A DNA stretch of 64,000 nucleotides from contig NC_043001.1 in assembly GCF_006345805.1 (NCBI RefSeq), positions 434,001 to 498,000 on the forward strand, written 5' to 3'. Within the stretch, counting starts at the first letter, position 1. Every line of letters starts with the position of its first letter. Source of the stretch: Octopus sinensis. Its lineage: Eukaryota. Positions 39,161-53,106 of this stretch are shown piece after piece. A program made the position numbers and the translations under genes. A model generated the notes under the pieces. The model searched no databases, was not told the origin of the DNA, and worked only from the letters and a program-made list of their open reading frames with translations.

Positions 39161-40113
39161 GAATGACAGTGGTCTTGGGGAAATTTTAGACAGCAATGGC
39201 AACTGCTTCAGTAGTCTTTTTTTAAAGAATTTTCAAGTCAGGGATCATGGATAATTTCCAAAAGAAAATTGGCTTGATAGTGTTATTGGTGGATTTTACA
39301 TGTTCTGGATGAACTCTACAGACATCTCTGTGTTGCAGCTGCCAGCAACTGAACCTGTCCATGATTTTGGCAGGATGGCTAAACTGTGTAGCATGTTCAG
39401 TATGAATGCAACACAGATTTGTGGGTTTATGTTAAACTGTTGATTCAGCTGAATCTGTTGGGAAGAGCACCTATTACTTTCATTTGGTAAGGAAGTGTGA
39501 TAGCCTTCCTCTGCCTGATAGTATGAAGAAAGTTATGTAGTAGGCACATTTGAAAGTCTAAGGACAGAATTCTTCCTTTCAAGCCAAGTTTTCATCATCT
39601 ACAAATACCACATGAAAATGAAAGTACTGCTCTCCCGTAAGTTTTATGTAAGATGGGTGAGAGTGGTGAAATTGGCATGGCTAAATTGACTTAAACAAAC
39701 TGTGGTTTGAGGTTGGTGAAACAAAATACCTGCAATTTTAAGTTGGATTTACCTAAGTTTTGAGTTTAAAGGCAACTTAAGGGTCAATGAAATAAAGTAC
39801 TAATCAAGTACCAAAATCAATTTAATTGACTCACCCTTTCCCACCACAATTTATTAATAATCTTTCCAAGTTCAAAAAACCAAGAAGAAAGAAATGACAG
39901 AAGATGAAGAAAGATAGAATACAGGCAAATATTTCCTTAAAAATATGTACCATGAGGAAATAATTATAATTAGATGAGCTATACTTATTATTAATTAATC
40001 TTTCAGAAAAGAAATTCAAATTAGCAAAGGAGATGTATCATTATACAGTCACATGCACAAACATACACACACAGTGTATCATATAAAAGAAAATAATGCT
40101 AGTACATATGCAC

Positions 40114-40157
<44 letters not shown>

Positions 40158-40366
40158 TTGTGTATACGTGAGTGCATGTATGTATATGAGTGTGCATGCA
40201 TATATATATATGTGTGTGTGTGTGAGGTATTGGTATCTAGAAGACCAAACGAGTGGCAGGTAATGCTAAGTAAGTGCTATGGACAGACCGGAGTTAAACA
40301 CTTGGTTTGATAGTGATATGAGTGAGGAGTTTAATGTGGGTCTTGTACTAGCATGCATATATATAT

Positions 40367-40542
40367 ATATTAGACAGAATGAGATAACAAAGCCAAGGCT
40401 GTGAAGAGTTTTCAAGACATTTATAAGGAAAAAGATATAGACATAGTCTTACAGCTGTAAGACTATGTCTATATCTTTTTCCTTATAAATGTTTTGAAAA
40501 CTCTTCACAGCCTTGGCTTTGTTATCTCATTCTGTCTAATAT
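40367..40542. repeat. Spacerless palindrome, 88-bp arms, one G.T mismatch, embedded in (TA)n
   Basis: Symmetry axis between 40454 and 40455 (ACAG|CTGT); the only mismatch is 40416 G / 40493 T. Confidence 0.97.
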
Positions 40543-40875
<333 letters not shown>

Positions 40876-41597
40876 TAGTATATATGCAAAATAGTAAAAT
40901 AGTAAATAGAAACAAAAAGAAAATAGAAACTACACGTGGAAATGTAAAGGGAAAGTAAGAAGGAAAATAAGTGAAACTGCACGTTGGAAACCAAAAGAAG
41001 TAAAGGCTTTTTATGAAAATTAATGATAGATTTATAAAATTAGATGAACTGAGGTAGGAATAAAAGTAATAAAAGTCATTGTTGGGAATTGTTAAAGAGA
41101 TTCAAAAGCATACCAGTTTAATGAATTTACTAATCATTGTTTTGAATGTACACTGATTAATGAACGGTGTCAGGTCTACTAGTCCCTGAGTAAAACAATT
41201 ATGTGTAAAGGAGGTAAGTAGTTTTGGATTTGGTGCAATTAGGGTAGATATAGATGTGTAATGTGAATGGTGTATGGGATGTATGGGGGTTAGTGGTACT
41301 AATTGAAAGGTTACTAGTGTTCTGTATTATGTTATGTGTTTGTATTGAGTTGTGGAAGATATTTATTGATGAAAGTTGCCTCTTTATTCATTCTTTGTTG
41401 TATATGCTTGTATGCATATTATTTATGTATATATGTATGTATATGTGTGCGTACACACCTGGTTTTAGGTTTAGTCCCCTTATATGGTACTTTCAGCAAG
41501 TGTTATCTACTAAAGCGCCAGGTTGACCAAAGCTTCTTAGTGGATTTGGAAGATGAAAACTGAAAGAAGCATACATACATGTATGTGTGTATGTATG

Positions 41598-41639
<42 letters not shown>

Positions 41640-41879
41640 TGCGTCTCTCTCTCTCTCTTCTCTCTCCTTAATAACACATTCATTTCCAATATTCTGCAGA
41701 AACATGTCAAGCCATGATGAAATATTACCCAGTCTAGAAACGAGTGGGAGTTAGCAGCACAATGGCATCTTCTCCCATAGAGAATTTGCATCAATAAACT
41801 CTTGCTGACCCATGCAAACATGGAAAAGTAGTCGTTAAAAAGATGATGATGACATATATTTATGAGCACACAATATTTG

Positions 41880-42090
41880 GCTTCAAATTTTGGCACAAGG
41901 CCAGCAATTTTGGAGGAGGGATTAAGTCAATTAGATTGACCCCAGTGCTCAACTGGTACTTATTTTATTGACCCTGAAAAGATGAAATGCAAAGTGTACC
42001 TCAGTGGAATTTGAACTTGGAACATAATGATGGACAAAGTACAGCTAAGCATTTTGCCTGGCATGCTAATTATTCTGTCAGCTTGCAATA
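41880..42090 (-). mobile_element. SINE family B
   Basis: ggtacttattttattgaccctgaaaagatgaaatgcaaagtg...gaatttgaact is the reverse complement of the family head and core. Confidence 0.7.
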
Positions 42091-44374
42091 CAATGTGGAT
42101 GAAAATGATAATGCAGGACATAATAAGAACAGTTTGAGAGACAAACTGTTTATGGTTGTTTCTGTATGACAAATAATTAGTTCTCCTTAATGACTCTGCT
42201 GAAGATTTAGAAATGAGATTGAAAACTTGAAATCAAATCCTAGAATCAAGAAGTTGTGAAATTAATCTAGTCAAGATAAAAGTTTTAGTCAGAAAAACAG
42301 CAATATTGCCATCTGGGAAGCATTCATATTTGATATGCAGAAAAGGAATAAAAATTCCCTTGCAGACTGTGAGTGCACAAGGAGTCCTGTAGGATTACAG
42401 TCATATTGAGAAAAAGGATTTTGAATTTAGTAGCCATGTAGGGAGACTTAGCAGTAACAGCACTCCTGGACTAAATTCTTTCAAAAGTTTGGAGGGCTTT
42501 CTAAAAGTAGTTGTTAGTGTGTGTGCGTGTGTTATCTAGGCAGCTTAATTAATAGTAGAAGGGAGGTTTCCAAAAGATTAGCAGCTAGAGTAAGAACAAG
42601 GTAGAGAAAATTTGGGAGCTATTTTACTTATGCTGGCTACAAAAGGAGTCTGTGAGCGAAGGGTGAATGGCATGATGCTCGAGTACAAAATGTGATGTTA
42701 CAGTAGGCATTGAATGTGGAAAACATGTGAATGAATTGAAAATATTCTGCTGCATGAACAATGGAATACAAATTTACCTGAGAGGAAAACTAGATATAAG
42801 AGGAATCAAATGTAGAATGCAAAAGAGAAGACTTAATTAACATGGGTATGTGATACATATGAAAGTTAAGAAGTAAAGAAGTACCGAGTGATGCAAGTGG
42901 AAGGAATTTGCAGAAGAACAAAAGGTAGACATAATCAGCAAAAAAGACTGACCCCGAATGTGCAGAGAATCAAAGTGAAGTAAAATGATGATGATGATAT
43001 ATGAAGACATTTCAATGAGAAACTTTGCTGAAACAGATATGCTCAACTCATATGAGCATGGAAAATGGATTAAGTCCTGAAAATTGTTTTGTTGTGTCTC
43101 TAAGTAGAAGACTTTATTTTGTACTGTCACAGCTCATCTGCCAGATCATTTTTGGAATGTTACATATGATAGACTGGCATCCTATCCAAGGGCAGAATAA
43201 ACTCATATCCATTGAACTCCATGAAAGATCTCATTTCATTTCTTAAGACCTTTGAGGCCAAACAACTATTTTGATGAGACCAAAGCTGTTACTTACTCTC
43301 CTTGGCTGTTAAGGAGTCTGTGATTCAAATGGCACAACTTCCTATTTCTGACCAATACAACTGACTCAGTCCACTTAGCTCATGAAATAATGTCATGGAG
43401 AGTAAGTACTTGCAGCAAGTCATTCACTGAGCCTTCACACGGTCAACTGATTTATTAGCAACACATTTTACTCAAATCATGTTATATAATTTAAAAGATA
43501 GTGAAAGACACTTGAAAAATATAGTCCTAGATAGACAACACTTGGGTAAAATAAAGTTTAAGAAAACTGATACTTGTAGAAAAACTGTCAAAACAGAAAG
43601 AAGCAGAGAAAACTTAGCCTAAATCCTATTGGCAATTAAAAGCTGATGAAAGTGACATAAAACTGGGGGGTCAGTTTTAGTTTTCTAATTTCATCCCCAT
43701 TTCCAATGCCTCTTGGGAAAATTAAATGAATCCTATGAGTTGATCAGTTCTTTATGTTTATCCTTCCAGGAATCAATAAATTAGCCGTGGCAGGATTTGA
43801 ACAAAAAATGCGAATAAAACTGCAGGCATATTTTGTTTGATGCTGTAATGCTTCTGCTGATGCTGAGAATGATTGCAAAGATGATAGCTAAAACTGCAAT
43901 AATGATGGATGATAATATATGATTAAGAAAAATATCAGGTTGTTGGTAGTTTAACTCCTCTCACATGTAATATCTTAATATTCCAGCTTCAGAAAGAAAA
44001 AAAAAACCAGAAAAAATCAAAAGATGAAGGGCTGTGAATGGTGGCAAGAAGCTGTGATGTTCATTGAACAAAATGCTTTTATTAGAAAGCTGATGTAATA
44101 TGACAATGATAATACTAACAGAGGAGCAAAATAAATTCTTGAGACCCAATGTCTGGTGATGCAACACTGCTACCAATAATAAGGATAACCAATTTGAGCA
44201 ACACTAGGCCACAAATTTGGTGGAGGAAACAACTGGTGATGTTAGTCCCAGTTTCTGATTTGTACTAAAATCAAACTTGGTGCGATTTGAACTCAAAACA
44301 CAAAGAGACATAACTAAATACCACAAGGAATTTTGTCAGTTGCCCTATCAAGTCTTCTAATTCACTGTTCTGAT

Positions 44375-44410
<36 letters not shown>

Positions 44411-46204
44411 TTAATAACCATTTAGCATCCATTGTCTATGCTGGCATGGGTTGGATAATGATGATGATAATGATGATAATGATGATGATGACAATAATGA
44501 TTTCTAACATGGGCTTGAAATTATTTTGAAGAAATATTTCCTTTCTTGATTGTAGAAGGATGTGAGGCAAAGTTGACCTCAATGGGATTTGAACTCAGAA
44601 TGTAAAGGGCTACAATTAAACACTACAAAGCATTTAATCTGATGCTCTAATGATTCTGCCAAACCATAGCTGCTGATAAATAAAAAGATAATACAAACAA
44701 GTCTGTTTCAAGTAGCAATCTCTACATTTTGGAACCATGTAAGTCTTTATTCGTAAATCTATGCCATTCGTTCACTCACAAATTACAAAACAACAACAGT
44801 TATTTATCAATAGAAAATAAAGTTTGAAATTTTCCTTGATTTTCCAGACACATTCTTGGATGTTTATAACATTTAATTATTCAGTAAGCATTTCATTTTT
44901 TTTTCTGGGGAAAAGAAATTAAGCCAGCATAAAGGTGAATGCAGTTTTAGATGAAAGGATGAGGGAAGGAAAAAAGGAAGTGTATATATATTTATATATA
45001 TATATATATATATATAAGCACATACATACATACATACATATATATATATATGTATATATATTTCCAACTTTATTTTTTTAACCATAATTTTTGATTTGTA
45101 TCAAGTCTTAATTAACCCCTTTTCAACAATGTGTGTGTGTGTGTGTTGTGTGTGTGTGTGTTGCAGGTGTAGCATTGCAATTAAAAAGTACACTTTACAA
45201 CCATGTGGTTTTGAGTTCAATCCTACAGCTTGGACAAGTGTCTTCTACCATAGCTTTGAGTTGACCAATGCCTTTTGAATGGTAAAAACTGCAGAAGCCC
45301 ATCATGTGTATGTGTGTGTGTTTGTTTACTATTGTAAACCAGAATGAGGATGGCAAAAAAGATGGCTTAGCTATTCACTAAATGGATGTCAAGGAAATGT
45401 ATGTAGCTCCCCCACCCAACCACCACCACTCCTGGTTCTTCTGCTTTGTTCACTTCTGCTCACTTTGTGCCTTGAGAGTCCACATGACAATCTGAATTTT
45501 TTTCCTTACTCCACCCTGATCATGCCCATTTTTCTTTTCAAATGTAAGTAGCCATGTAGCCCCTCAATAGCAAGAAACTTGTTCTGCTCTGACCCCTTCT
45601 CTCATACCATTAACCCTTATCTCTGAGCATAAAGCTTCCTTTCTTGAGGTTTATACTCTTGTAAATTGTAATGCAACCTCACTAGTGCTTGTGGCATGAC
45701 AACACTCTGCACATGATGTAATGTTGTTGGCATTAAGAAGGTCGCCCACATGTAGAAACCTTGTCAAAGTAGACAATGGAGAACGATGCAGTCATTTAAT
45801 CCACTGGATCCTGTCAAACTGGGACCATACTAGCAACATAGAACAGGGATGTTAAATGACAATGATCCTATGTGTATATATAGTTATTCTATATCCTTTC
45901 AAAATTTCTCCCAGGCGTTACCCATTACAATGTGTCTTGGCCTAACGGCCCTTAATGTTTGTCTTCATCAATTGTTTACTCTGTCGTTTCTTCATTTCAA
46001 GCTCTCACTCGCCAGACATTTCATATTTTTAAAATTATGTCTAATGAGGTTTTCTTATATTGTCGTTGAAAGCTCGAAATAGGGAATAATTAACAGTCAA
46101 CAACTGCGAAGGGGTTAGACTTCTTTTGCTATTTTGTCCCATACTTGTCTCTCATTATGTGTCGACATATTTTTCACTCATTGGTGATGTCCTGTACTTG
46201 ATGT

Positions 46205-46264
<60 letters not shown>

Positions 46265-46310
46265 TATGTGTATATATATATATATTGTATATATATATAT
46301 ATATATATAT

Positions 46311-46499
46311 GGCACGTAAAAAGCACCCACTACACTCACGGAGTGGTTGGTGTTAGGAAGGGCATCCAGCCGTAGAAACACTGCTAGATCAGACTGGGCC
46401 TGGTGCAGCCTTCAGGCTTCCCAGACCCCAGTTGAACTGTCTAACCCATGCTAGCATGGAAAGCGGACACTAAATGATGATGATGATGATGATGATGAT
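46311..46499 (+). mobile_element. Family A short retroposon (RTE 3'-end module) with (GAT)n tail
   Basis: GGCACGTAAAAAGCACCCACTACACTC...AGGAAGGGCATCCAGC...CATGCTAGCATGGAAAGCGGAC..TAAA(TGA)n; same module as 2830-3012. Confidence 0.85.
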
Positions 46500-46540
46500 A
46501 TTTATACACACATATACACATACATACACACACACACACT

Positions 46541-46572
<32 letters not shown>

Positions 46573-47014
46573 CACATACACACACACACATATTGTGAAG
46601 ATAGAGAGACAGAGGTAAGTAGAGGAGTAGATACAATGAGAAAGTGCAAGGAGAAGAAAGAGGGAAGGATGACTATTTAAAGATCAAAGTTAGAACGGAC
46701 AGAGGAAAGGAACGTGAGGACAATGAAGATATCTTCCTTCTGTCTATATTATGTCCTTTAGAAAATAACACTGTCTCTCTCAATGTTCCTTCAGTTTTGT
46801 CATTTCCCAAATTGCACAATCTCTATCACCATATAAACCACAGGGAATAAGAACATGGAAAAACATGAAACAGTCTCTCCAATATCTTCTTTGTATTCCA
46901 GAATCATCTTTTGGCATTCTTATAAATATCTATATCAGGGAGGTGGCTGGTGTAGAATGGTAGAAGCTAAACAAATGTCCAGTCTTGCATCCAGAAGTCA
47001 AATCTTGATTGATG

Positions 47015-48661
47015 AACGCCACCCTAAGAATAAATGCAACTATGCCTCTCCTGGTCTCGATGGTGTTACATACCTACTTCTCAAACGCAGTGGGTGCTTT
47101 CTTCTAAACCAACTTTCACTATTCTTTCAATTCTGTCTTGTCAATGGTGTTACTCCAGAGCAGTGGAAAACTGCCAGTGTTATCCCTCTGTTCAAAAAAG
47201 GTGACCGCACTTCGCCTGTCAACTATTGCCCTGTCAGTCTTACTAGCTGCATCACCAAACTGATGGAATCCTGTGTCAGAGAAACTCTCTGGAACTTCTG
47301 AAAGTCTCACAGCCTCATCCAGCCGTCACAATTTGGATTTATTCCTAACTCCAGCTGCTGTAATCAACTCATCGAGTTTCTTGAGGACATTATCCAAATC
47401 ACTGATCGCGGATCCTGGGTGGATGTTGTTTACCTGGACTTTGCAAAGGCTTTTAATTCTGTGTCACAAAAGACTTATGGTGAAACTCTCTGCAATGGGT
47501 GTAAGAGATGATCTCTATAACTGGTTGAAGTCCTTTATTATCGGCCGAAAAGAGGTTGTCACAGTTCTAGGACAGCACTCTTCACCCTATGAGATGACAT
47601 CTGGTGTACCACAGGGATCTGTTCTTGGCCCCCTTTTATTTGTTGCATATGTTAATGACATAGATACCAACTTAAAGAATGCCACAGTGCTGAAATATGC
47701 AGAGGACATCAAGCTGTACCTCGAAATAAAGAGGTCGGATCCTGTACACTATAGATATCTATTGCAATCAGACCTGGACACAATGCAGCAGTGGATCATG
47801 GACTGGCAACTCAAGCTGGCTGTGGATGAATGTACCACCATGCATTCTGGGAGGAAAAACCCAGTGTCTACTTACTCCCTCCACAACACTATTCTCAAAA
47901 AGTCTTCGTGTGAACGTAACCTGGGTGTTATTGTCGACAGCGATTTGCATTGGACAAAACACATCGCTAAAATTGCCAAGAAGGCTGAGGGTATCTTGGC
48001 ATCACTCACCAAGTCCTTTGTGAACCGCTCTCCGGCTATCTATCTGAGGCTTTATATAGCTATGGTACGACCTCACCTGGAATTTGCATCACCAGTCTGG
48101 AACCCCTATCTTGCCCAGGATATTAATCGTCTGGAAGCTGTTCAGTGACGCGCAACCATGAGAATATCCTCCATCAGGCATTTGCCATGTTCTGAACACC
48201 TTACTTCCCTGGGCATGGACATTGAAACTCTGACGTCTGGCAGCTGACTTGGCAGACACCCATAAAATTATTAACCATCTTACAAACAATAACTCTGAGC
48301 ACCTTTTCAAACTCCACCTGTCCAACACCCATGGACATGTTTACAAAGTCAGAAAACAGTACAACTCCCATGACTTTTGGAAACATTTTTTCACGCTAAG
48401 AGTTGCTGAAGCATGGAACAGACTGCCGGCATCAGTTGTTAGTTGTCGGAGCACTGCATCCTTCAAAACTTCCATACTTCCTGAGATTCGCCAACACTAC
48501 ACCTGATTTTCTCCCCTCCATACACACTCAAGCATGTATCTGACTCATACACTCTTCGCTTTCCAGACATTTGTACATTACTGCATATACTTTATATGCA
48601 CTTTCTGACAAGTTGTGGTGCACCTGAGCACTGTATACAATAATTTCATTATTATTATTAT
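47015..48661 (+). mobile_element. CR1/L2-group LINE; 5'-truncated and comparatively young; intact 3' UTR and (ATT)n tail
   Basis: SPGLDG, WKTASVIPLFKKG, NYCPVSLTS, QFGF, YLDFAKAFNSV, SGVPQGSVLGPLLF, YAED (47696-47707, catalytic D altered), VRPHLEFASPVWNP. Stops at 47299 and 48146, frameshift near 47465, (ATT)n at about 48646-48661. Confidence 0.92.
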
Positions 48662-48852
48662 AAAAATACATATCAGTCATAAACCAGTAGCTGAATCAAT
48701 CAGCTATATCTCACTTCAATATAAATGTTTTACCAGATTCATCTAAGTTATTTTCAAATATTAATTAAGACTGAATAGAAAAATGCCCACAGAAGAGTGA
48801 AAGAATTTTCAAGTCTCTAGAGTGTGGGAAGTGTTAGTACATCCATTAGAAT

Positions 48853-48884
<32 letters not shown>

Positions 48885-49179
48885 TATCTCTCTCTTTCTC
48901 TCTCTATCTGTTTGTTTCAAACATAACTTTTCTAATTATGTGGCTCCTGCATCACTGATGATGCCCAGCCTGGCTTTTAATCCACTTGCAATCCACTTAT
49001 GTTTAGAGATCATTCAGTAACATCAAGGATGTCTCATTCTATCCCACCATCTTGCATTTGTTGAAGTTTTCTTCCTTCATGTCATTCAAAAAATAGTGGC
49101 TGAGTATTTTTCCCCCAACTGGATTAATGTTGAGTAAAACCGTTAAACATGTCTCTTTAAAACTACTATGAATGATGAT

Positions 49180-49680
49180 AGTTTCTGATTTAGGTACAAG
49201 ACCAGAAATTGTAATGGAAAGAGATCAGCCAATTACTTTTGTTGCAGTACTTGACTGGGACTTTATGCTATCAATCCCAGAAAGATGAAAGGCAAAGTCA
49301 AACCTAATATAATTTGAACTTAGAGTATAGACTTAAAACAAATACCACATTTTAATTTATGATTCTGCCTATCCAAGGTTACAGGTAGTAACATGCTATC
49401 CACATAAATCCGAGCAGGAATCAGACCGAACCTGAGCCAAACCAAAATAATAATGATAACAATCCTTGCTACTACAGGCTCAAAGCCTGAAATTTAGTGG
49501 GAAGTGACCAGTTGATTACACTGATCTCAGTGTTTCACTGGTACTTAATTTACTGATCCTCGAAAGGATGAAAGGCAAAGTTGACCACAGTGGAATTTGA
49601 ACTCTCAGAATGTAAGGATGAGCGAAACACCACTAAGCATTTTACCTGGCATGCTAATGATTCTGCCAGCTCACCACCTT
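49180..49680 (-). mobile_element. Two adjacent family B SINE copies
   Basis: Both carry gaaag(g)atgaaaggcaaagt...aatttgaact; the second (49470-49680) keeps the head ctgccagctcacc. Confidence 0.65.
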
Positions 49681-49712
49681 AAAATTATAATAATAATAAC
49701 AACAACAACAAG

Positions 49713-50243
49713 TGCCTGATGCAATACCAGGCACTGGCTTACATGACTTATGATCTTAACTGACTGGAAGTGTTATCATGTACATGTTTTGACTTGGTGG
49801 GGAAAAGATGAGTTACAGTAGATATTCTGTTCAATACTACAGATTTTCTTGTCAGTTGATTGACCATAACCAGTTAAGCATGCCCCTTGGTGACCGACAA
49901 TATGTACATTTCTGATCACTAGCAGTAGTTGGGGAGCATCATTGCCGTGTGTTGAGAGGAATTCTTTAGGGTTTGAATAATTCACCTCTGGAAACATAGG
50001 TGTTACATTCAACATCCTTAACCCTTATTCAGGGAACTTTTGAGTAGGATGGGCTACTTGATCTGAATAAAATTCTAATTGGGTCCCATCCGCAAGGTCA
50101 TGTGCGTTTCATCTACAAACATAAGTTTGTAATGCATGAGCCTGTTGTACCCTTATCAAACAAGTAGTCATGATGGGTATATTGGGCTTTGTACATTTGT
50201 ACCCCCAGTGTTACTTTGAGGGCATGCACTGCTCTTTCACTCA
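49713..50243 (+). mobile_element. Element X, copy 2
   Basis: Collinear with the reverse complement of 33459-34002; preceded by (TAA)(CAA)n at 49685-49711. Confidence 0.8.
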
Positions 50244-50589
50244 GGAGGAGGAAGAGGCCCTCTTTGGTCATGAATGACCATGGGATTGCACCTAAAAAGT
50301 TACCCTCCGAGGCACAAGTCCAGGCAAGGTTGTTTGTGGAAGGCCAGCAGTCGTCCATGCATACCAGCCTCCTTTCTCCACACCACTGATGTTATCCAAG
50401 GAAAAAGAAAAGGGGCCGATACAGCTTGGCACCAGTGATGTCGCAACTCATTTCTACAGCTGAGTTAACTGGCGCAACATGAAATAAAGTGTCTTGCTCA
50501 AGAACACAACACAGTCTGGTCCGGGAATTGAACTCACAACTTCACAATTGTAAGCTCGATGCTCTAACCACTGAGCCATGTGCCTTCAC
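50244..50589 (-). mobile_element. Well-preserved tRNA-derived SINE (family E)
   Basis: Minus strand GTGAAGGCACATGGCTCAGTGGTTAGAGC (A-box) ... GAGTTCAATTCCC (B-box), then TGTGTTGTGTTCTTGAGCAAGACACTTTA, which from recall resembles a Meta/MESC-type SINE central domain (unverified). Confidence 0.82.
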
Positions 50590-50631
50590 AATAATAATTA
50601 TAATAATGATAATAATAATGATAATAATGAT

Positions 50632-50848
50632 AGTTTCGAATTTTGGCACAAGGCTAGCAATTTGGGGGGGAGGGGTAAGTCGATTACATCGACTCCTGTG
50701 CTCAACTGGTACTTATTTTATCGACCCCAGAAAGGAGGAAAGGCAATGTTGACCTTGGCTGAAGTTGAACTCAGAATGTAAAGATGGACAAAATGCCGCT
50801 AAGCATTTTTTCCTCATGTGCTAACAATTCTGCTAGCTGGCTGCTTTA
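50632..50848 (-). mobile_element. SINE family B
   Basis: Same head, core and tail as 41880-42090 and 60950-61172. Confidence 0.72.
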
Positions 50849-53106
50849 ATAATAATAATGATAAAATATAAATAAAAATCCCATAATTCACATATTTCTT
50901 GTACTTACAAATACTATATGAGAATTTGGAATATCTTAAGGCTATCATTATTAACTTTCTTGAAAATTTCTTTTACTGGTCAAGCAGAGCAGACCTACAA
51001 CCAAAGGCTCTCTATATCCACGATCAACTCATTTTCTGCTTTTTATATTTTTAGACATGGTGCATTTAGGGACAAATTATCAAATATGTCCTTTTTAAAG
51101 GGAGGAGAGAGTATGGTGTGATGTGGAAAAGACATGGTAGCTATTTTTTGGCACACTTGGAGTCAGTATTTGGAGGTACTCTCCCCATGGCAAATTGAAA
51201 GACTATGTCTCATACGCATTTCATTTTTTGCTTCGTTTCTACAGTTGGATACCCAGCCTAATGCCAATCCTTTTTCAGGGTATACTGGGTGGCTTCTTTT
51301 GCATAGCACTACACAGTGTCATGTCCTCACCAACTGTACAGTTTAGAGAGTACATGGTATAAATTAGGAAGTAACATTCCATCACAAGATAATTATTTCA
51401 CATCAGAGATAAGAAAATGCAAAACGTATACATCAGGTGTGAAAATCTAAATTCCTGTTTCCCCACTTCTGGTACTTCTAGTAAAATGTGATAGAAATAA
51501 AGCATTCATTTGCCTAGAATCGTTTACAATTTACAGCTTTAATCCTTAAATCAATTTGACTCTATCCAACCAATCATTTTAATGTTTAAATAGATATACT
51601 GCCTTAGATTCACAAGGTTGCCGGAAATGTAAAGATGCAGTGTTCATATCATTCCTATAAGGGAAATGACAACAGTTGAGAACAAAAACATAGACAAAGC
51701 CATTTCTTTCTTCATATCGTAAAAACTTACATTACCTTCCTGTTTCAATCAATTTTTTAAATGGATATCATAAAGTTGCACCCCTCTATTTTACCCCATT
51801 TTTATGTTTAGCTTAAACAGTTACTGTTTCTTGTTTTTTTCCTGCTTTTATTCTCTGCTATTAAAAAGAATTCTTTCCATAAATTAGTTCACAAGTATAG
51901 ATGAAAGAACTTCAAATATTCTTTGTGGAAAATAGCAGGTAATGAACAGTTTTAATAATTCTAAAGCCTTTCAGGTCCTATTTAGAGTGTTAATATTTTA
52001 TATTCTTGTGAATAAATTTAATATACTGCAGTGAGCAATTTAATCCTGAAAAAATTGTTAGTTCTGATGCTTGTTAATGAATAAAGAGATAAATAGTGTT
52101 TCTAGAGTATTACAGCTACTGAATGCCAGTATCAGAGGTGATTTTGAAAGAAAAATTCAAAATGATGAACCAATAATTTGGAATGAGGAATCTTGATATT
52201 ATGAGGCATAAAGATATCTAAATAACTCTGAAAATAAACTTAGAAAGTTTGAGATCAACTGAAAGAGCTATCTTATATATTTCTATGTATAAAAATAAAA
52301 GGAAAAAAGCTGTGTTATTGCATGTTGTTAGAACACATTGATGTACGAAAGTTGAGATGGAGTATAGAGAAGGAAGCACAACATGGAGGAGAGTAGAGTA
52401 TTTGTAGGAAACGGGTGGAACATGCATTTAAATGTCAATAACTCAGAAGTAAGTGCTGTGTTTTAAAGCTACCAGAGGAGAGACTATGTACAGCCATTTT
52501 GGCTTTCCTAATATTTGTATAGTTCATATTTGTATTTGGTTTGCAAGATTCTTGGTGTGAATTCATGTGTTGAAAGAAATACTATTGAACCTTGGGAGGG
52601 GCATTATGCTGGTAATAATAAACACACACACTGGTTCGGTCCTTTCTTGTTAGTTAATGGGTTAGTTACTCCGTTAACCAATTTATTGATTAGCTGTTTT
52701 TTTACTAGTTTTTCAAACTCATATGTTAAACACTTTTGTCAAACAGTTAATCGTTCAAACGTTCAGATTTGTTAGTGTTGCCATTTCTTTTTTTGTCAAA
52801 TAATTATTTCATTGCATTGTTGCAATCGCTTCCATTTCTTTTGAATTAATATTCCAGGGTTGGGATTCGTCTGAGATCTGTTGGAGATGAGTATGTGAAT
52901 GTGTGTATGCCTGCATGTGTGCATATTTATACATAAGTGTGTGCATCCGTGTGTGTTTGTGTGTTTTTTTTAAATACTGACTATATCATTTTTCATATAC
53001 TTAAGATAACAGTTTTGGTTTTCTCTTTGCTTACTTTGCAAACACACACGTTCATCCATATAATGTTTCTCTCAAAGACAGTTAAACCATCTCCTTTGTT
53101 TGATAA

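Noticed and set aside
49712-49780. HDV-like ribozyme at the 5' end of element X
   Set aside because: The 7-bp stem closes only a 9-nt loop, too short for the nested P2/P3 of an HDV fold; no full pseudoknot was found by eye.
50500-50589. Functional tRNA gene
   Set aside because: A and B boxes are present, but the acceptor stem is not formed and the sequence continues into a SINE body.
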